In this document: in pieces, positions 1 through 9,519 of the stretch
How positions within the stretch are numbered: position 1 is the first letter of the stretch
Layout of the letters: every line of letters starts with the position of its first letter
Assembly (NCBI GenBank): GCA_048938445.1
Contig: JBHLME010000001.1
Span: 27,951 to 91,950 of the forward strand
Direction of reading: 5' to 3'
From: Promethearchaeota archaeon
Lineage (GTDB): Archaea; Asgardarchaeota; Lokiarchaeia; Sigyniarchaeales; SOKP01
Length of the DNA: 64,000 nt
Notes under the pieces: model-generated
What the model was told of the DNA's origin: nothing
The model's input: the letters and a program-made list of their open reading frames with translations, nothing else
Databases searched by the model: none
Position numbers and translations under genes: made by a program

Positions 1-45
1 AATATTATAGCTAAATGATATCTCTTATTTATAATTTAGAATTGT

Positions 46-480
46 ATGGTTAATGATCTAATGAATAACAAAAAATTTTCAAAAATTTTAACTGGAATGA
101 TTTATCTAGCAGTTTTAATTTTAATAGTCCCTTCTATAATTAAACTTTTCACTATTCTACATATTTCTAGGATAATTATCTTAAATCAATGGGTATCACT
201 CTTTTTTGCTATTCTTTTCTTAACCTTAGATATTACAAGAATGTTTGTTATAATCATATTAGTTCTTTTAATACCATTTATTTTATATGTTAAAAAAAAG
301 TATAAATTGTTCTTATTAATTCCATTATTTCTTGATTTTATCTTAACAATTGTTTTTTTAGTAAGGTTTATTGTCTTCATTTGTTTCGCACCACTATATT
401 CTTTTATAAGCTTTCCATTTATATTGTTATCATTAATAATATTGAAGATAATATCAAAAAAACAAGAAAAAGCAAGATGA
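46..480 (+). CDS. Hypothetical membrane protein
   Basis: 144-aa ORF, mostly hydrophobic segments; converges on the next gene with a 4-nt gap. Confidence 0.55.
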   Translation: MVNDLMNNKKFSKILTGMIYLAVLILIVPSIIKLFTILHISRIIILNQWVSLFFAILFLTLDITRMFVIIILVLLIPFILYVKKKYKLFLLIPLFLDFILTIVFLVRFIVFICFAPLYSFISFPFILLSLIILKIISKKQEKAR

Positions 481-484
481 AATT

Positions 485-1411
485 TTAAAGTAGTATTATT
501 AATAACAAAAGCATTAACCAAAATAAAATCCAAATTAGAAAGAGGGAAAAATAAAGAAATAATGAAATTTTCCTTTTCCATTTATCATTTTTAATATTAA
601 CTATTATTATTAGGACTATTAAACAAATGAATAATAAATGAGGCATTTGTATTAATCGCCAGATAATTAAAATAAAATTTACTATAATAGAATCGGTTAA
701 CTCTCCCGTAATATTTAGCCAATTTGAAACCAATTGCGTGAAATAATTAAAATTAATCATGTATGGAATACAAAAAATAACAAATGGAAGGATATAATAA
801 AGGATATTTTTCAATTTAATTTTTCTAATGACAATTAAAGACACTGGAAATATTACAATAATTGTTTTAAACATTGCAAGAGCAAAAAAAAATCCAGATA
901 ATAACTTTCTCTCCTTTTTTAATTGTAAATATGAAAAGAAAAGAAATAATAATATCAACCAATTTGTATTGTTGAGATACATATCAGCAAAATATCCAAG
1001 ACTACAAAAAATGAAAAAAAATAACATGTCTTCTTTATTCTGAGTTATTTTTTCTATATTTAATACAATATAGATAGTTGTAAATAGTCTTAGGACATCC
1101 CAAACATAAACTGAAATATCTAAAGGGATGAGATAAAAAGGAAAAAATATGAAATACCAATAATATAGATAAATCATTTTGTCACCTGTTAAAGGATTTT
1201 CTTTATAGATATCGAAGATTCCGTTATCCATTAAAGTGTATAATGTTTTAAAATTTAAGTCTCGATTACGAATTAGAACATAAAAGAAGAGGTTATCTGA
1301 AGGAGAAACTATTTGAATAAAATAAAAAATTATTCTTAAAATAATTAAAATAATAGTTATGACAATGATTATAATTAGAAAGATGTTTTTATATTTCTTT
1401 AATTCTTCCAT
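485..1411 (-). CDS. GT-C fold membrane glycosyltransferase (GT87/DUF2029-like)
   Basis: Polytopic protein; D-x-x-F near N-terminus, Y-L-Y-Y-W..F-F-P-F segment, N-N-T-N and 'LSGFFFALAMFK' segments typical of GT87. Confidence 0.6.
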   Translation of the reverse strand: MEELKKYKNIFLIIIIVITIILIILRIIFYFIQIVSPSDNLFFYVLIRNRDLNFKTLYTLMDNGIFDIYKENPLTGDKMIYLYYWYFIFFPFYLIPLDISVYVWDVLRLFTTIYIVLNIEKITQNKEDMLFFFIFCSLGYFADMYLNNTNWLILLFLFFSYLQLKKERKLLSGFFFALAMFKTIIVIFPVSLIVIRKIKLKNILYYILPFVIFCIPYMINFNYFTQLVSNWLNITGELTDSIIVNFILIIWRLIQMPHLLFICLIVLIIIVNIKNDKWKRKISLFLYFSLFLIWILFWLMLLLLIILL

Positions 1412-1592
1412 TAAAGAGATTAAGATACTTTAATATAAAATGATTATTTTTTAAGTAAAGTCTTTTTTAAATAGTAAAATTCCCATAAAATTGAAACTTG
1501 ATTAGAGTTCTCTATTTAAAATAAAAAAGTATTAAAATAGATTTAATTTTAGTAATTAAATTTTAATAATTATAGTGATTTTCTGAATTATA

Positions 1593-2084
1593 ATGATTCA
1601 ATTAGAAGTAAAACTTCCTGATCAACCGGGCTCTTTAGTGGAATTAATTAAACCCATTTCTGATAATGGTGGAAATATTTTTGGCATTTTGCATCATCAT
1701 GATAAAAAACTGAATAATTTAATTCCCGTAACTGTGACTTTCGAAATTAAGGACGAATTAATGGAAAAAAGTCTTAAAAAGATTCAAGAAGAATTTAATA
1801 ATAAAAAAATAGAAATTGTAAACATCACTTTAGGCGAAAATAAACGTCAATTAATTGTAATTCTTACTGGACACGTGTTTGAAACAGATATCGTAGATAC
1901 TATAAAACAGTTAGCTTTAAAAAAAATAAAAGTATCCGAATTACAAGCTAAATTTACTGATATTTCAGAAGTAAGCAATGTAAAATTCAAGTTAAAATAT
2001 CCAGAATCCACCACGAAAGAAGAATTATTGACTGAACTTGAAAAGATTTGTAATGAAAAGGATCTTTCGCTATTGAGAAGTTAA
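1593..2084 (+). CDS. ACT-domain protein, archaeal homoserine dehydrogenase regulatory-subunit type (COG2061-like)
   Basis: 'LPDQPGSL..L.PIS..GGNI..I.H' ACT motif and second ACT with 'LTGHVFETDIVDTI'; hom lies 3.6 kb downstream. Confidence 0.8.
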   Translation: MIQLEVKLPDQPGSLVELIKPISDNGGNIFGILHHHDKKLNNLIPVTVTFEIKDELMEKSLKKIQEEFNNKKIEIVNITLGENKRQLIVILTGHVFETDIVDTIKQLALKKIKVSELQAKFTDISEVSNVKFKLKYPESTTKEELLTELEKICNEKDLSLLRS

Positions 2085-2107
2085 TTACATAATTAAAATC
2101 CTTAAAA

Positions 2108-2260
2108 ATGGCAAAAAAAAAAAAAATTCCAATAGGAAAAATTGCATGTCATTCTTGTAATGAAATCATTGATGAGGGACTTACTTTTTGCCCTGAGTGT
2201 GGAGAACGCATCCCAGAGTTTTTACGATTCAATCCTGATTCCACAGGAGGTCTTTTTTAA
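2108..2260 (+). CDS. Small zinc-ribbon protein (50 aa), absent from the ORF track
   Basis: Hand translation MAKKKKIPIGKIACHSCNEIIDEGLTFCPECGERIPEFLRFNPDSTGGLF*; CxxC-x10-CPxCG motif; 23 nt after the ACT gene. Confidence 0.8.
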   Translation: MAKKKKIPIGKIACHSCNEIIDEGLTFCPECGERIPEFLRFNPDSTGGLF

Positions 2261-2559
2261 ATATAAATTAAGAGAATTAAGGTAAAAGAACTAAAGAAAT
2301 GATCTTATTTTTTTTTTTATATAATAGACCTTTAATTTCTTTAGTAATAGCTTAAAATAATAATATTAGATTTTTAATCGTCTTAAATAATTCCTTAATG
2401 TTGAAAGATTGATGATCTCTTCTGAATATTTATGATTAATACTCCATCAGAAGATAACAACGTTATTTCAATTATTTCTTGAAAAAATATCTAAATTTTT
2501 AAATAGTTAAAACGGTATTACTATTAAGTAATTTAAAGATTAAAACTAGGTATACCTAT

Positions 2560-3420
2560 ATGAGCTCTGATGAACATTCTGTTAAAATCACGATTTACTG
2601 TCCAATCTGTAAAACCATGGGTCAAGTAAGGATTGAAAAAAATATCGTAACTATGAGTGATAAAGGTGTTACAGCTGTGAACGTGGCAGAAAACCTCATA
2701 TGTGAGCACTCCTTTGTAACTTATATTGATAAAAATCTCGATATTAGGGATTCCTTTGTTTGTGATTTTAGAATTGAAATTCCACAGATTGGAGTCCCTG
2801 AAATTGAAACTCAAGATACTAAATTAAATTTTGATTTAAGTATTGTTAAAATTAATCTCATACCTTCAGTGTTAGCTAGAATAATTAGAGCCGTGCTCAT
2901 GGGTGAAAAAATAGTTTTCATCTCTGAACAAGAGTTTTTAAATGGGCATTACATAAGATTTTTAGAATACGTGTTTGGAGCTACTTTCAATATAGATTTA
3001 ATTTTTTTAACAAATAATGACTATAAGAAAAATAAAAAGAACTATAAGAATCATATTGTAATTGATAGTGTTAAAGTTATAAGAGATAAAAAAAAATTAA
3101 TTGAACAATCAAAATTGAAAATCGAACTGGCATTTGTACAACAATTTTACAAGGAATATGATGAAATAACGAGTTTAATTATATTTAAAAATGAAATCGA
3201 TAAAATTGAAAGAATTATACACCAAATATTAAAATTTCATAAGACGCAAAAAGAAGGGAGGGAATTTAATACAAAACAAGCCATAAATTATTTACGGAGT
3301 ATTTATAAAATCATAGTACCACTTCCTTATTTTAATTTCTTATTAGATATTATTGAAAGTTATTTTTCAATCAACTTGAATCGACCTTCCAAAATGATTG
3401 ACTTTTTAGGACTGATGTGA
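2560..3420 (+). CDS. Zn-binding N-terminal domain plus DENN-core-like domain protein (Asgard-type)
   Basis: CPIC...CEH metal motif; 'RAVLMGEKIVFIS' resembles the cDENN signature (LLxExKIVxxS). Confidence 0.5.
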   Translation: MSSDEHSVKITIYCPICKTMGQVRIEKNIVTMSDKGVTAVNVAENLICEHSFVTYIDKNLDIRDSFVCDFRIEIPQIGVPEIETQDTKLNFDLSIVKINLIPSVLARIIRAVLMGEKIVFISEQEFLNGHYIRFLEYVFGATFNIDLIFLTNNDYKKNKKNYKNHIVIDSVKVIRDKKKLIEQSKLKIELAFVQQFYKEYDEITSLIIFKNEIDKIERIIHQILKFHKTQKEGREFNTKQAINYLRSIYKIIVPLPYFNFLLDIIESYFSINLNRPSKMIDFLGLM

Positions 3421-3598
3421 AGTTATCTTGATATATTTTAGCAGATATTCTAAGTCTTAAGTTATTAAATTAAATGAAAAAAGTAGATTTTTTTTTTAAT
3501 TTTATAATGAAAAATATACCAATATCTTATGTATTTTTATAATACAAATTTTATTATATATTTTGAAATAAATAATTTAGAATTTATAGGTGTAATAT

Positions 3599-4342
3599 AT
3601 GTTACCACCAACAGAATTTATTGAGGGATTATTTAGCCTGCTTTATGTAATTATCTCCACGTTTATGGGTATTTTAATAGCATCGAAATATTCAATATAT
3701 AGGGATAACACATTCCTTTACATTGGTATCGCGTCAATTGGACTTGGTACCACTCATTGGCCTTCTTCGGTCTCGTTTCTTACCAATGTACTCCTTAATC
3801 AGCCCCTTCCAGAAGACATTTTTCTTCTCACTTCAAGTGCTTTTATCTCATTTTTTTTAATTATATGGATTATTGGAATTAGTAACTTGTTATTTGACAA
3901 AAAAAATTTAATATTCATAATTTTGTTTGTAATACTTCATATTACAATGGAAACCATATTTTTAGTGGCATTTTTCATAAATCCCGATTATGTTGGAGAG
4001 GTTATTGGTCCATATAACTTAAATGCAAAGGTAACAACATTAATGTTCGTTTTAGGGATTATCAATCTCTTAACAATAATTATAACAGGATTTTGGGCAG
4101 CAGTGAGATCCATGAAATCGACTAATCGCTTGATCAAGTTAAAAGGAACATTCTTATTTTGTTCTTTTTTATTGTGGTTTATAGCAATCGCTTTAGAGAT
4201 TCGTGCCGAAGTGCCAACCATTGGAACAGTAATCATAAGAACTCTTTTAATAATAAGTGTAGTTGGATTATATTTTGGATTTGTAATGCCCAATATTGTT
4301 CAAAAATTCTTTATAAAGATTAATCTTTTAAAACCAGAATGA
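3599..4342 (+). CDS. Seven-TM-like membrane protein of unknown function
   Basis: About 7 hydrophobic segments in 247 aa; AGGTG SD-like sequence upstream. Confidence 0.6.
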   Translation: MLPPTEFIEGLFSLLYVIISTFMGILIASKYSIYRDNTFLYIGIASIGLGTTHWPSSVSFLTNVLLNQPLPEDIFLLTSSAFISFFLIIWIIGISNLLFDKKNLIFIILFVILHITMETIFLVAFFINPDYVGEVIGPYNLNAKVTTLMFVLGIINLLTIIITGFWAAVRSMKSTNRLIKLKGTFLFCSFLLWFIAIALEIRAEVPTIGTVIIRTLLIISVVGLYFGFVMPNIVQKFFIKINLLKPE

Positions 4343-4472
4343 AACTTAAAATATACTCTAATCTATTTTTATTTAATTTTATTCTTAGAGTTAATTTATC
4401 ATTTAATTCAACTATCAAGTATTTTCTACTTTCACCCTTAGAACATTAATTTTATAAAAAATACTTGAAAAT

Positions 4473-5615
4473 TTAATCCTTAGGAATAATGTTTACGATT
4501 CTCTTGTTTTGAATCAATGAAATTGCATTTTCAGGACAATGTAGAGCACATACTCCACATCCAATACAATATTCTTCTATCCTTTCAGCTCTATCATCAT
4601 CATTTAATTCAATTGCATCATTGTGGCATTTTTCAACGCAAGTTCCACATCCCGTACACACATTTTGGTCAATTTGAGCCACCCAATTAGTTGAATTATT
4701 CAATGGTATGAATGCATGGGACCTACTGTTAATACAGCAGCATTTACAGCAATTACAGATAGCAACTTCCTCCTTACTGGTATCTGAATACAGATGGTAA
4801 GCTTTATGAACCAATCCTGCTTTCTCCGATTTTTTTAAGATTTCAAGAGCCTCTTCTTGAGACACCATTCGAGAGAATCCATGTTTTGACGTATGTCTTG
4901 CAGATTTTCCTAAAGTAAAACAGTTTTCAACCTCTAATTCAATTTGCTTGCATGGTTCCCCCAAAAAATGCTTTTGATGCCTGCAATAACAATGTCCAGC
5001 AGCAATCTCATCATATTTCTTGATTAAATCTTCAATCCTTTGGGTTGGTAAAATTTCTTCTAAAGGAATGTCCAATTCTTTATCAATTGAAATTTCAATC
5101 GAGTCTCCATCTTTATTTTCTAATGTAGGAACCGTTCGATCGATTGGAGGTAAAGTTTTCAAGAATTCGGTTAATGCATCTTGATTCATATTGAAACTTT
5201 TCTTTAATTCTTCATGTAATTTATTAAATAATATAGCGAGTTCTTTATTTTCTTCTGTTTTTTCAAGTTTTTGCATGAATATATATTCCGATTGTCTGAT
5301 TATTGGTAGTAATCGATATATCATAACACCCCTTCGGTTTGGTTGATCAAATATCACACCCATTTTAGCAAGATTAGAAACATTTTTCAATATTTCTTCT
5401 TCTGATAATTTAGAACTTTCTTTTAACTGCTCCATAGTTTGTGAAATATTTCTTCTAAAGGCTAAAATAAAATCCAATTCTTCTACTTTAATCGTGTGTT
5501 TTAAAATTTTTAAAAGAACATCAGAAAAAGGAATGGGAAATTCACCAGCTTTGTTTAAAACGTTTACAACTTTTTTATATTTGAGATCTATGTTCCTTTC
5601 TTCTTTAGCAGACAT
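4473..5615 (-). CDS. 4Fe-4S dicluster protein with N-terminal wHTH-like region
   Basis: CYCR, CNCCKCCC and C-terminal CTGCGTCVEKC / CIGCGVCALHCP ferredoxin motifs. Confidence 0.85.
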   Translation of the reverse strand: MSAKEERNIDLKYKKVVNVLNKAGEFPIPFSDVLLKILKHTIKVEELDFILAFRRNISQTMEQLKESSKLSEEEILKNVSNLAKMGVIFDQPNRRGVMIYRLLPIIRQSEYIFMQKLEKTEENKELAILFNKLHEELKKSFNMNQDALTEFLKTLPPIDRTVPTLENKDGDSIEISIDKELDIPLEEILPTQRIEDLIKKYDEIAAGHCYCRHQKHFLGEPCKQIELEVENCFTLGKSARHTSKHGFSRMVSQEEALEILKKSEKAGLVHKAYHLYSDTSKEEVAICNCCKCCCINSRSHAFIPLNNSTNWVAQIDQNVCTGCGTCVEKCHNDAIELNDDDRAERIEEYCIGCGVCALHCPENAISLIQNKRIVNIIPKD

Positions 5616-5750
5616 TTTTTATTCACGATATTTTTTTACCTATTTTTAAATAACAGATTTATTTAATCTTTTTATGTATTAAAGCTTTTTATAATGTATT
5701 ATACTCTAAAATATTATATTTTAGAATTTTACTTAATGCGAGTGAATAAA

Positions 5751-6755
5751 ATGGAACAAAAAATTTGCTTAATTGGAAAAGGAAATGTAGGAACGTGTCT
5801 TCTCCAGTTATTGAAAGATAAAGAAAAAGAAATTAAACAAAAATTTCAAATCAATTACTCCATTATGGCAATCTTTGAAATTGATGGAGCATTAATCAAT
5901 AAAAATGGAATAAATTTAGGAGAAGTTATAGAGAAAGGTAAAAATTATAGAGATTTACCTTATTGGAACTCTGGTGTTAAAGCAATAGAAGAATTACCCA
6001 AATTAGATTTAGATATCTGTATTGAAACAACACCAACAAATCCAGATACAGGAGAACCTGCCTTAAGTCATATAATTACAGCATTAAAAAATAGAATAAA
6101 TGTTGTAGCCTCAAATAAAGGACCATTTTATTTACAATACGAAAATATTAAAAAATTAGCAAGAGAAAATAAATGCTCCGTAAGATATGAAGCAACTGTA
6201 GCTAGTTGTGTTCCGGCTTTAAGTATTAGGGAAGGACTAATTGGAAATACGATTACGAGTATAAAGGCAATATTAAATGGTACAACTAATTATATTTTAA
6301 GCAGAATGTCCTCTGAAAGCGTAGAATTCTCAATAGCATTAAAAGAAGCCCAAGAATTAGGATATGCCGAGGCAGATCCTACATTAGACATAGAAGGGTA
6401 TGATGCAGCAGGGAAGTTAGTAATATTAGCAAATGAATTACTTGGGTGGTCAAAAACGATTAAAGACGTGAAATCTAAGGGTATTTCTAAAATTAATGCA
6501 CAAACAATAGAACTAGCTAATATAGACGGATTAGTAATCAAGCATTTGGCCATTGCGGAAAATGATAAATTAATTGTTGAACCTAGATTAATAGAAAAAG
6601 ACAGTCCATTAAATATTTCAGGAACGTTAAATGTAATTGAGCTTCAAACCAAGAATGCGGGTCCAATTATTCTCATGGGTCGGGGAGCTGGGGGCTGTGA
6701 AGCAGCCTCTGCAATATTAAATGATATGATAAATATATCATTAGACCAAAATTAA
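5751..6755 (+). CDS. hom: Homoserine dehydrogenase
   Basis: GKGNVG Rossmann motif, 'VVASNKGP', 'YEATV', 'GTTNYIL', 'GYAEADPTLDIEGYDAAGK'; start moved to ATG 5751 (track starts at 5694). Confidence 0.95.
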   Translation: MEQKICLIGKGNVGTCLLQLLKDKEKEIKQKFQINYSIMAIFEIDGALINKNGINLGEVIEKGKNYRDLPYWNSGVKAIEELPKLDLDICIETTPTNPDTGEPALSHIITALKNRINVVASNKGPFYLQYENIKKLARENKCSVRYEATVASCVPALSIREGLIGNTITSIKAILNGTTNYILSRMSSESVEFSIALKEAQELGYAEADPTLDIEGYDAAGKLVILANELLGWSKTIKDVKSKGISKINAQTIELANIDGLVIKHLAIAENDKLIVEPRLIEKDSPLNISGTLNVIELQTKNAGPIILMGRGAGGCEAASAILNDMINISLDQN

Positions 6756-6796
6756 AAAAGTAGAATATATCTATTTATTTTATTTAGATAAAGAAA

Positions 6797-7357
6797 TTGA
6801 GTATGATGTTAATGAACTTCGAATTTAAAAGCCAATTTAGGGGAATTATTTCTGTTATTGGAGCAAGTGAAATCGATAAAGAAACTGAAAATAAAACAAT
6901 TGAAATTGGGAGGTTATTAGCAAAAAATAATTATATCGTATCTTGTGGAGGTTTGACAGGAGTCATGGAAGCCGTTTGTAAGGGTGCTAAAGAAGAAAAT
7001 GGATTAACAATTGGAATCATTCCATATAAAGATAAATCTGCTGCTAATCAATATGTCGATATTGCTATTCCTGTTCCTTTTTCACAGGCACGAAATATTG
7101 TAGTTGTATTAAGTGGAGATGCATGTGTTGCAATAGCAGGGAAGGCTGGAACATTATCTGAAATATGTTTTTCATGGATATATGGTAAACCACTTATTGC
7201 TTTAACTGATGTCGAAGGATGGTCTTCAAAAATCGCAGGTCAGAAACTTGATGATCGAAGAGAGGATACAATACATGCTGCAAAAACACCAAGAGAAGTC
7301 ATTGAGATCATAAATAAAGTTTTAAAATTAGATAAACCAAAAGGATTTTCCTTTTGA
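6797..7357 (+). CDS. LOG/TIGR00725 family Rossmann-fold nucleotide-binding protein
   Basis: 'CGGLTGVMEAVCKGAKEENGLTIGIIP', 'ARN', 'GKAGTLSE' motifs. Confidence 0.9.
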   Translation: MSMMLMNFEFKSQFRGIISVIGASEIDKETENKTIEIGRLLAKNNYIVSCGGLTGVMEAVCKGAKEENGLTIGIIPYKDKSAANQYVDIAIPVPFSQARNIVVVLSGDACVAIAGKAGTLSEICFSWIYGKPLIALTDVEGWSSKIAGQKLDDRREDTIHAAKTPREVIEIINKVLKLDKPKGFSF

Positions 7358-7390
7358 ATAGTTTTAATCGATTACAATCATAGAATTTAC

Positions 7391-8716
7391 GTGATAAATA
7401 TCGAGGAAAATAATGTATCTAGAACCAAGATAAAGACGTTTCTAAGTTCTAACTCTCTATTCGTGAAGAAGTTATTTAAAACGATGTTAGTATCCATCAT
7501 TTTAGGTGGTTTTTGTGGTATAGTAATGGTGTTATTTAATTATTTATTACTTATTTTTAAATTTAGCTTTTCCTTCTTACCCTATTTCCTATCACCATTA
7601 ATCGCTGGGTCATTAACAAGTATTTTAGTTAAGTTGGGTAAATTTGACAGAGTACTAGGAACAGGGGCTACTGAATTTGTTGAAGAAATACATGAAACAA
7701 GAACAAAATCTAAAAAAATCCCAAATTTAATTGCTAAAACATTTGCTACTTCTTGGACATATGGTTCGGGTATTATATGTGGTGTTGAAGGACCTGGAAT
7801 TTTAATTGGTGCCGATATAGGTCAAATCCTTTCAAGCAAGTTGGGATCAGATGAAAAAAACAATATGTTTATAGGTGCAAGTGCCTGCACGGGTGCAATT
7901 TTAAAAGCACCTATAACTGGAGCACTTTTTTGCGCGGAATTGCCATATTTAAACCATATTAAATACGAATCATTGATTCCTTCTATTCTAGCATCAACCG
8001 TAGCATATCTAATCTTTTGTTTATTTTTTGGGTTCAAACCTTTAATAGAAAGTAATATTTCGTTTAATCCTGATCTTTTTTTTCACATAACTCTTTTACC
8101 GCTACTTTTTTTATTTGGTATTATTACTGGACTCATCATCTTAATCTTTATGGGAATTTTAAATGTGATTAAATCTAAATTGAAAAACACATTCCAATCA
8201 AAATCCTTATTTTGGCTACTTCCATTAGTAGGGGCAACTTTATATGCAATTTATCTACTAATACTTATCCCTTTTACTGAAGAGCAATATCAAGTAGCTT
8301 TCATAGGTCCAGACATGTCATTTTTATCGTATTTGATAAATAACTTCACTAAAGTTAGCTTCTTATTTTTAATAGTTGCTCCCGTCCTAATTTTAATTGC
8401 AATATATTTTTCAATTGGAACTTTTAATAGCGCAGGAATTATTTTACCATTAATGCTATTTGGAGGTCTGGTTGGAGGTTTATTTGGTGTAATTTTCTAT
8501 CCTAATAATCCTGAATTATTTGTAATATTAGGAATCTCAGCTGTCTTGGGATCAGCAACAAACAATCCCATCGCAGCAATAGCAATTATCATTGAAATGA
8601 CATGGATTCCAGAATTATTCATTCCTGCAGGAATTACTACTATCATTACTTATATTTTTAGTGGACCAAACTCTATTATTCCAGGGCAAAGATCAGTTAA
8701 ATTTCAATTGATTTAA
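7391..8716 (+). CDS. ClC-family chloride channel/antiporter
   Basis: GVEGP gating motif, 'APITGALFCAE', 'GIILPLMLFGGLVG', 'IIIEMT'. Confidence 0.9.
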   Translation: MINIEENNVSRTKIKTFLSSNSLFVKKLFKTMLVSIILGGFCGIVMVLFNYLLLIFKFSFSFLPYFLSPLIAGSLTSILVKLGKFDRVLGTGATEFVEEIHETRTKSKKIPNLIAKTFATSWTYGSGIICGVEGPGILIGADIGQILSSKLGSDEKNNMFIGASACTGAILKAPITGALFCAELPYLNHIKYESLIPSILASTVAYLIFCLFFGFKPLIESNISFNPDLFFHITLLPLLFLFGIITGLIILIFMGILNVIKSKLKNTFQSKSLFWLLPLVGATLYAIYLLILIPFTEEQYQVAFIGPDMSFLSYLINNFTKVSFLFLIVAPVLILIAIYFSIGTFNSAGIILPLMLFGGLVGGLFGVIFYPNNPELFVILGISAVLGSATNNPIAAIAIIIEMTWIPELFIPAGITTIITYIFSGPNSIIPGQRSVKFQLI

Positions 8717-8748
8717 AATCCCATCTAAATGATAAAAATCCAATTTGT

Positions 8749-9129
8749 CTATAATTGGTTAATATTATCTTCCAATTGATTTACTATCAATTTAGTTAAG
8801 TCAGAAAGTTTTTCGTATTTGATTTTAGTTAAATAATTCTCAAGAGTATCGACACTTTCAATCAACATTTCGAAAAATTTATCATTAATACCATTATCTC
8901 GCTTTAATTTAGATTCTAAAACAAAACAATATTGATATAAGTTTTGTAACCCCATTACTCCAGAATTACCTTTAATAGTATGAAATATTAGGCTAAAATT
9001 TTTAATAATTTCCTTATCTTCAAGATTTCTTTTTAGTTTTGGGAGTAATATTTTAAAATCTTCAATTAGTTCTTCAAGTTCTTCAATAAAAAGCTCCGTC
9101 AAATCTTCTTCTTTCATTATAATATTCAA
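8749..9129 (-). CDS. Stand-alone histidine phosphotransfer (Hpt) domain protein
   Basis: 'LFIEE..E' and 'FHTIKGNSGVMGL' Hpt/CheA-P1 motif with phospho-acceptor His. Confidence 0.85.
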   Translation of the reverse strand: MNIIMKEEDLTELFIEELEELIEDFKILLPKLKRNLEDKEIIKNFSLIFHTIKGNSGVMGLQNLYQYCFVLESKLKRDNGINDKFFEMLIESVDTLENYLTKIKYEKLSDLTKLIVNQLEDNINQL

Positions 9130-9225
9130 TTCTTAAGATAATTTTAAAATTTCATTTATGAATAATGAGTTAAATTCATAAATATCACGGTAAAAGATAA
9201 ATTTAAAATTTTTGTTAAACTGATC

Positions 9226-9489
9226 TTGATCATGGTTAGAATTAGCGGAGGGGATGGTTCCTCCATAGATAAAGCTATAGTTATCTCAGACTGTGATCAC
9301 ATGGAAGGTATAGACCAGGAATATAGAGAAATTAGACGAAAATTTGGGTTCTATAAACTGATTGAACAATCCTTATTAGATGTTAAAGGTAGAAAATATG
9401 ATAGATTAATTTTGGAAATAGACGGTCCTCAAACCATAGAAATTTATTTTGATATTTCAGAGATTTTTGGAAAAGGTTTTGAATTTTGA
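9226..9489 (+). CDS. Conserved small hypothetical protein
   Basis: 'GGDGSSIDKAIVI...YD.L......IYFDIS..FGK' looks like a conserved family; coding-like composition. Confidence 0.65.
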   Translation: MIMVRISGGDGSSIDKAIVISDCDHMEGIDQEYREIRRKFGFYKLIEQSLLDVKGRKYDRLILEIDGPQTIEIYFDISEIFGKGFEF

Positions 9490-9519
9490 TAATTTAAATT
9501 TACTAATATCGAACAATCC

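Noticed and set aside
7391-8716. Fluoride-specific ClC-F with a fluoride riboswitch
   Set aside because: Lacks the GNNLI and GREGT signatures (has GTGAT and GVEGP); no riboswitch motif upstream
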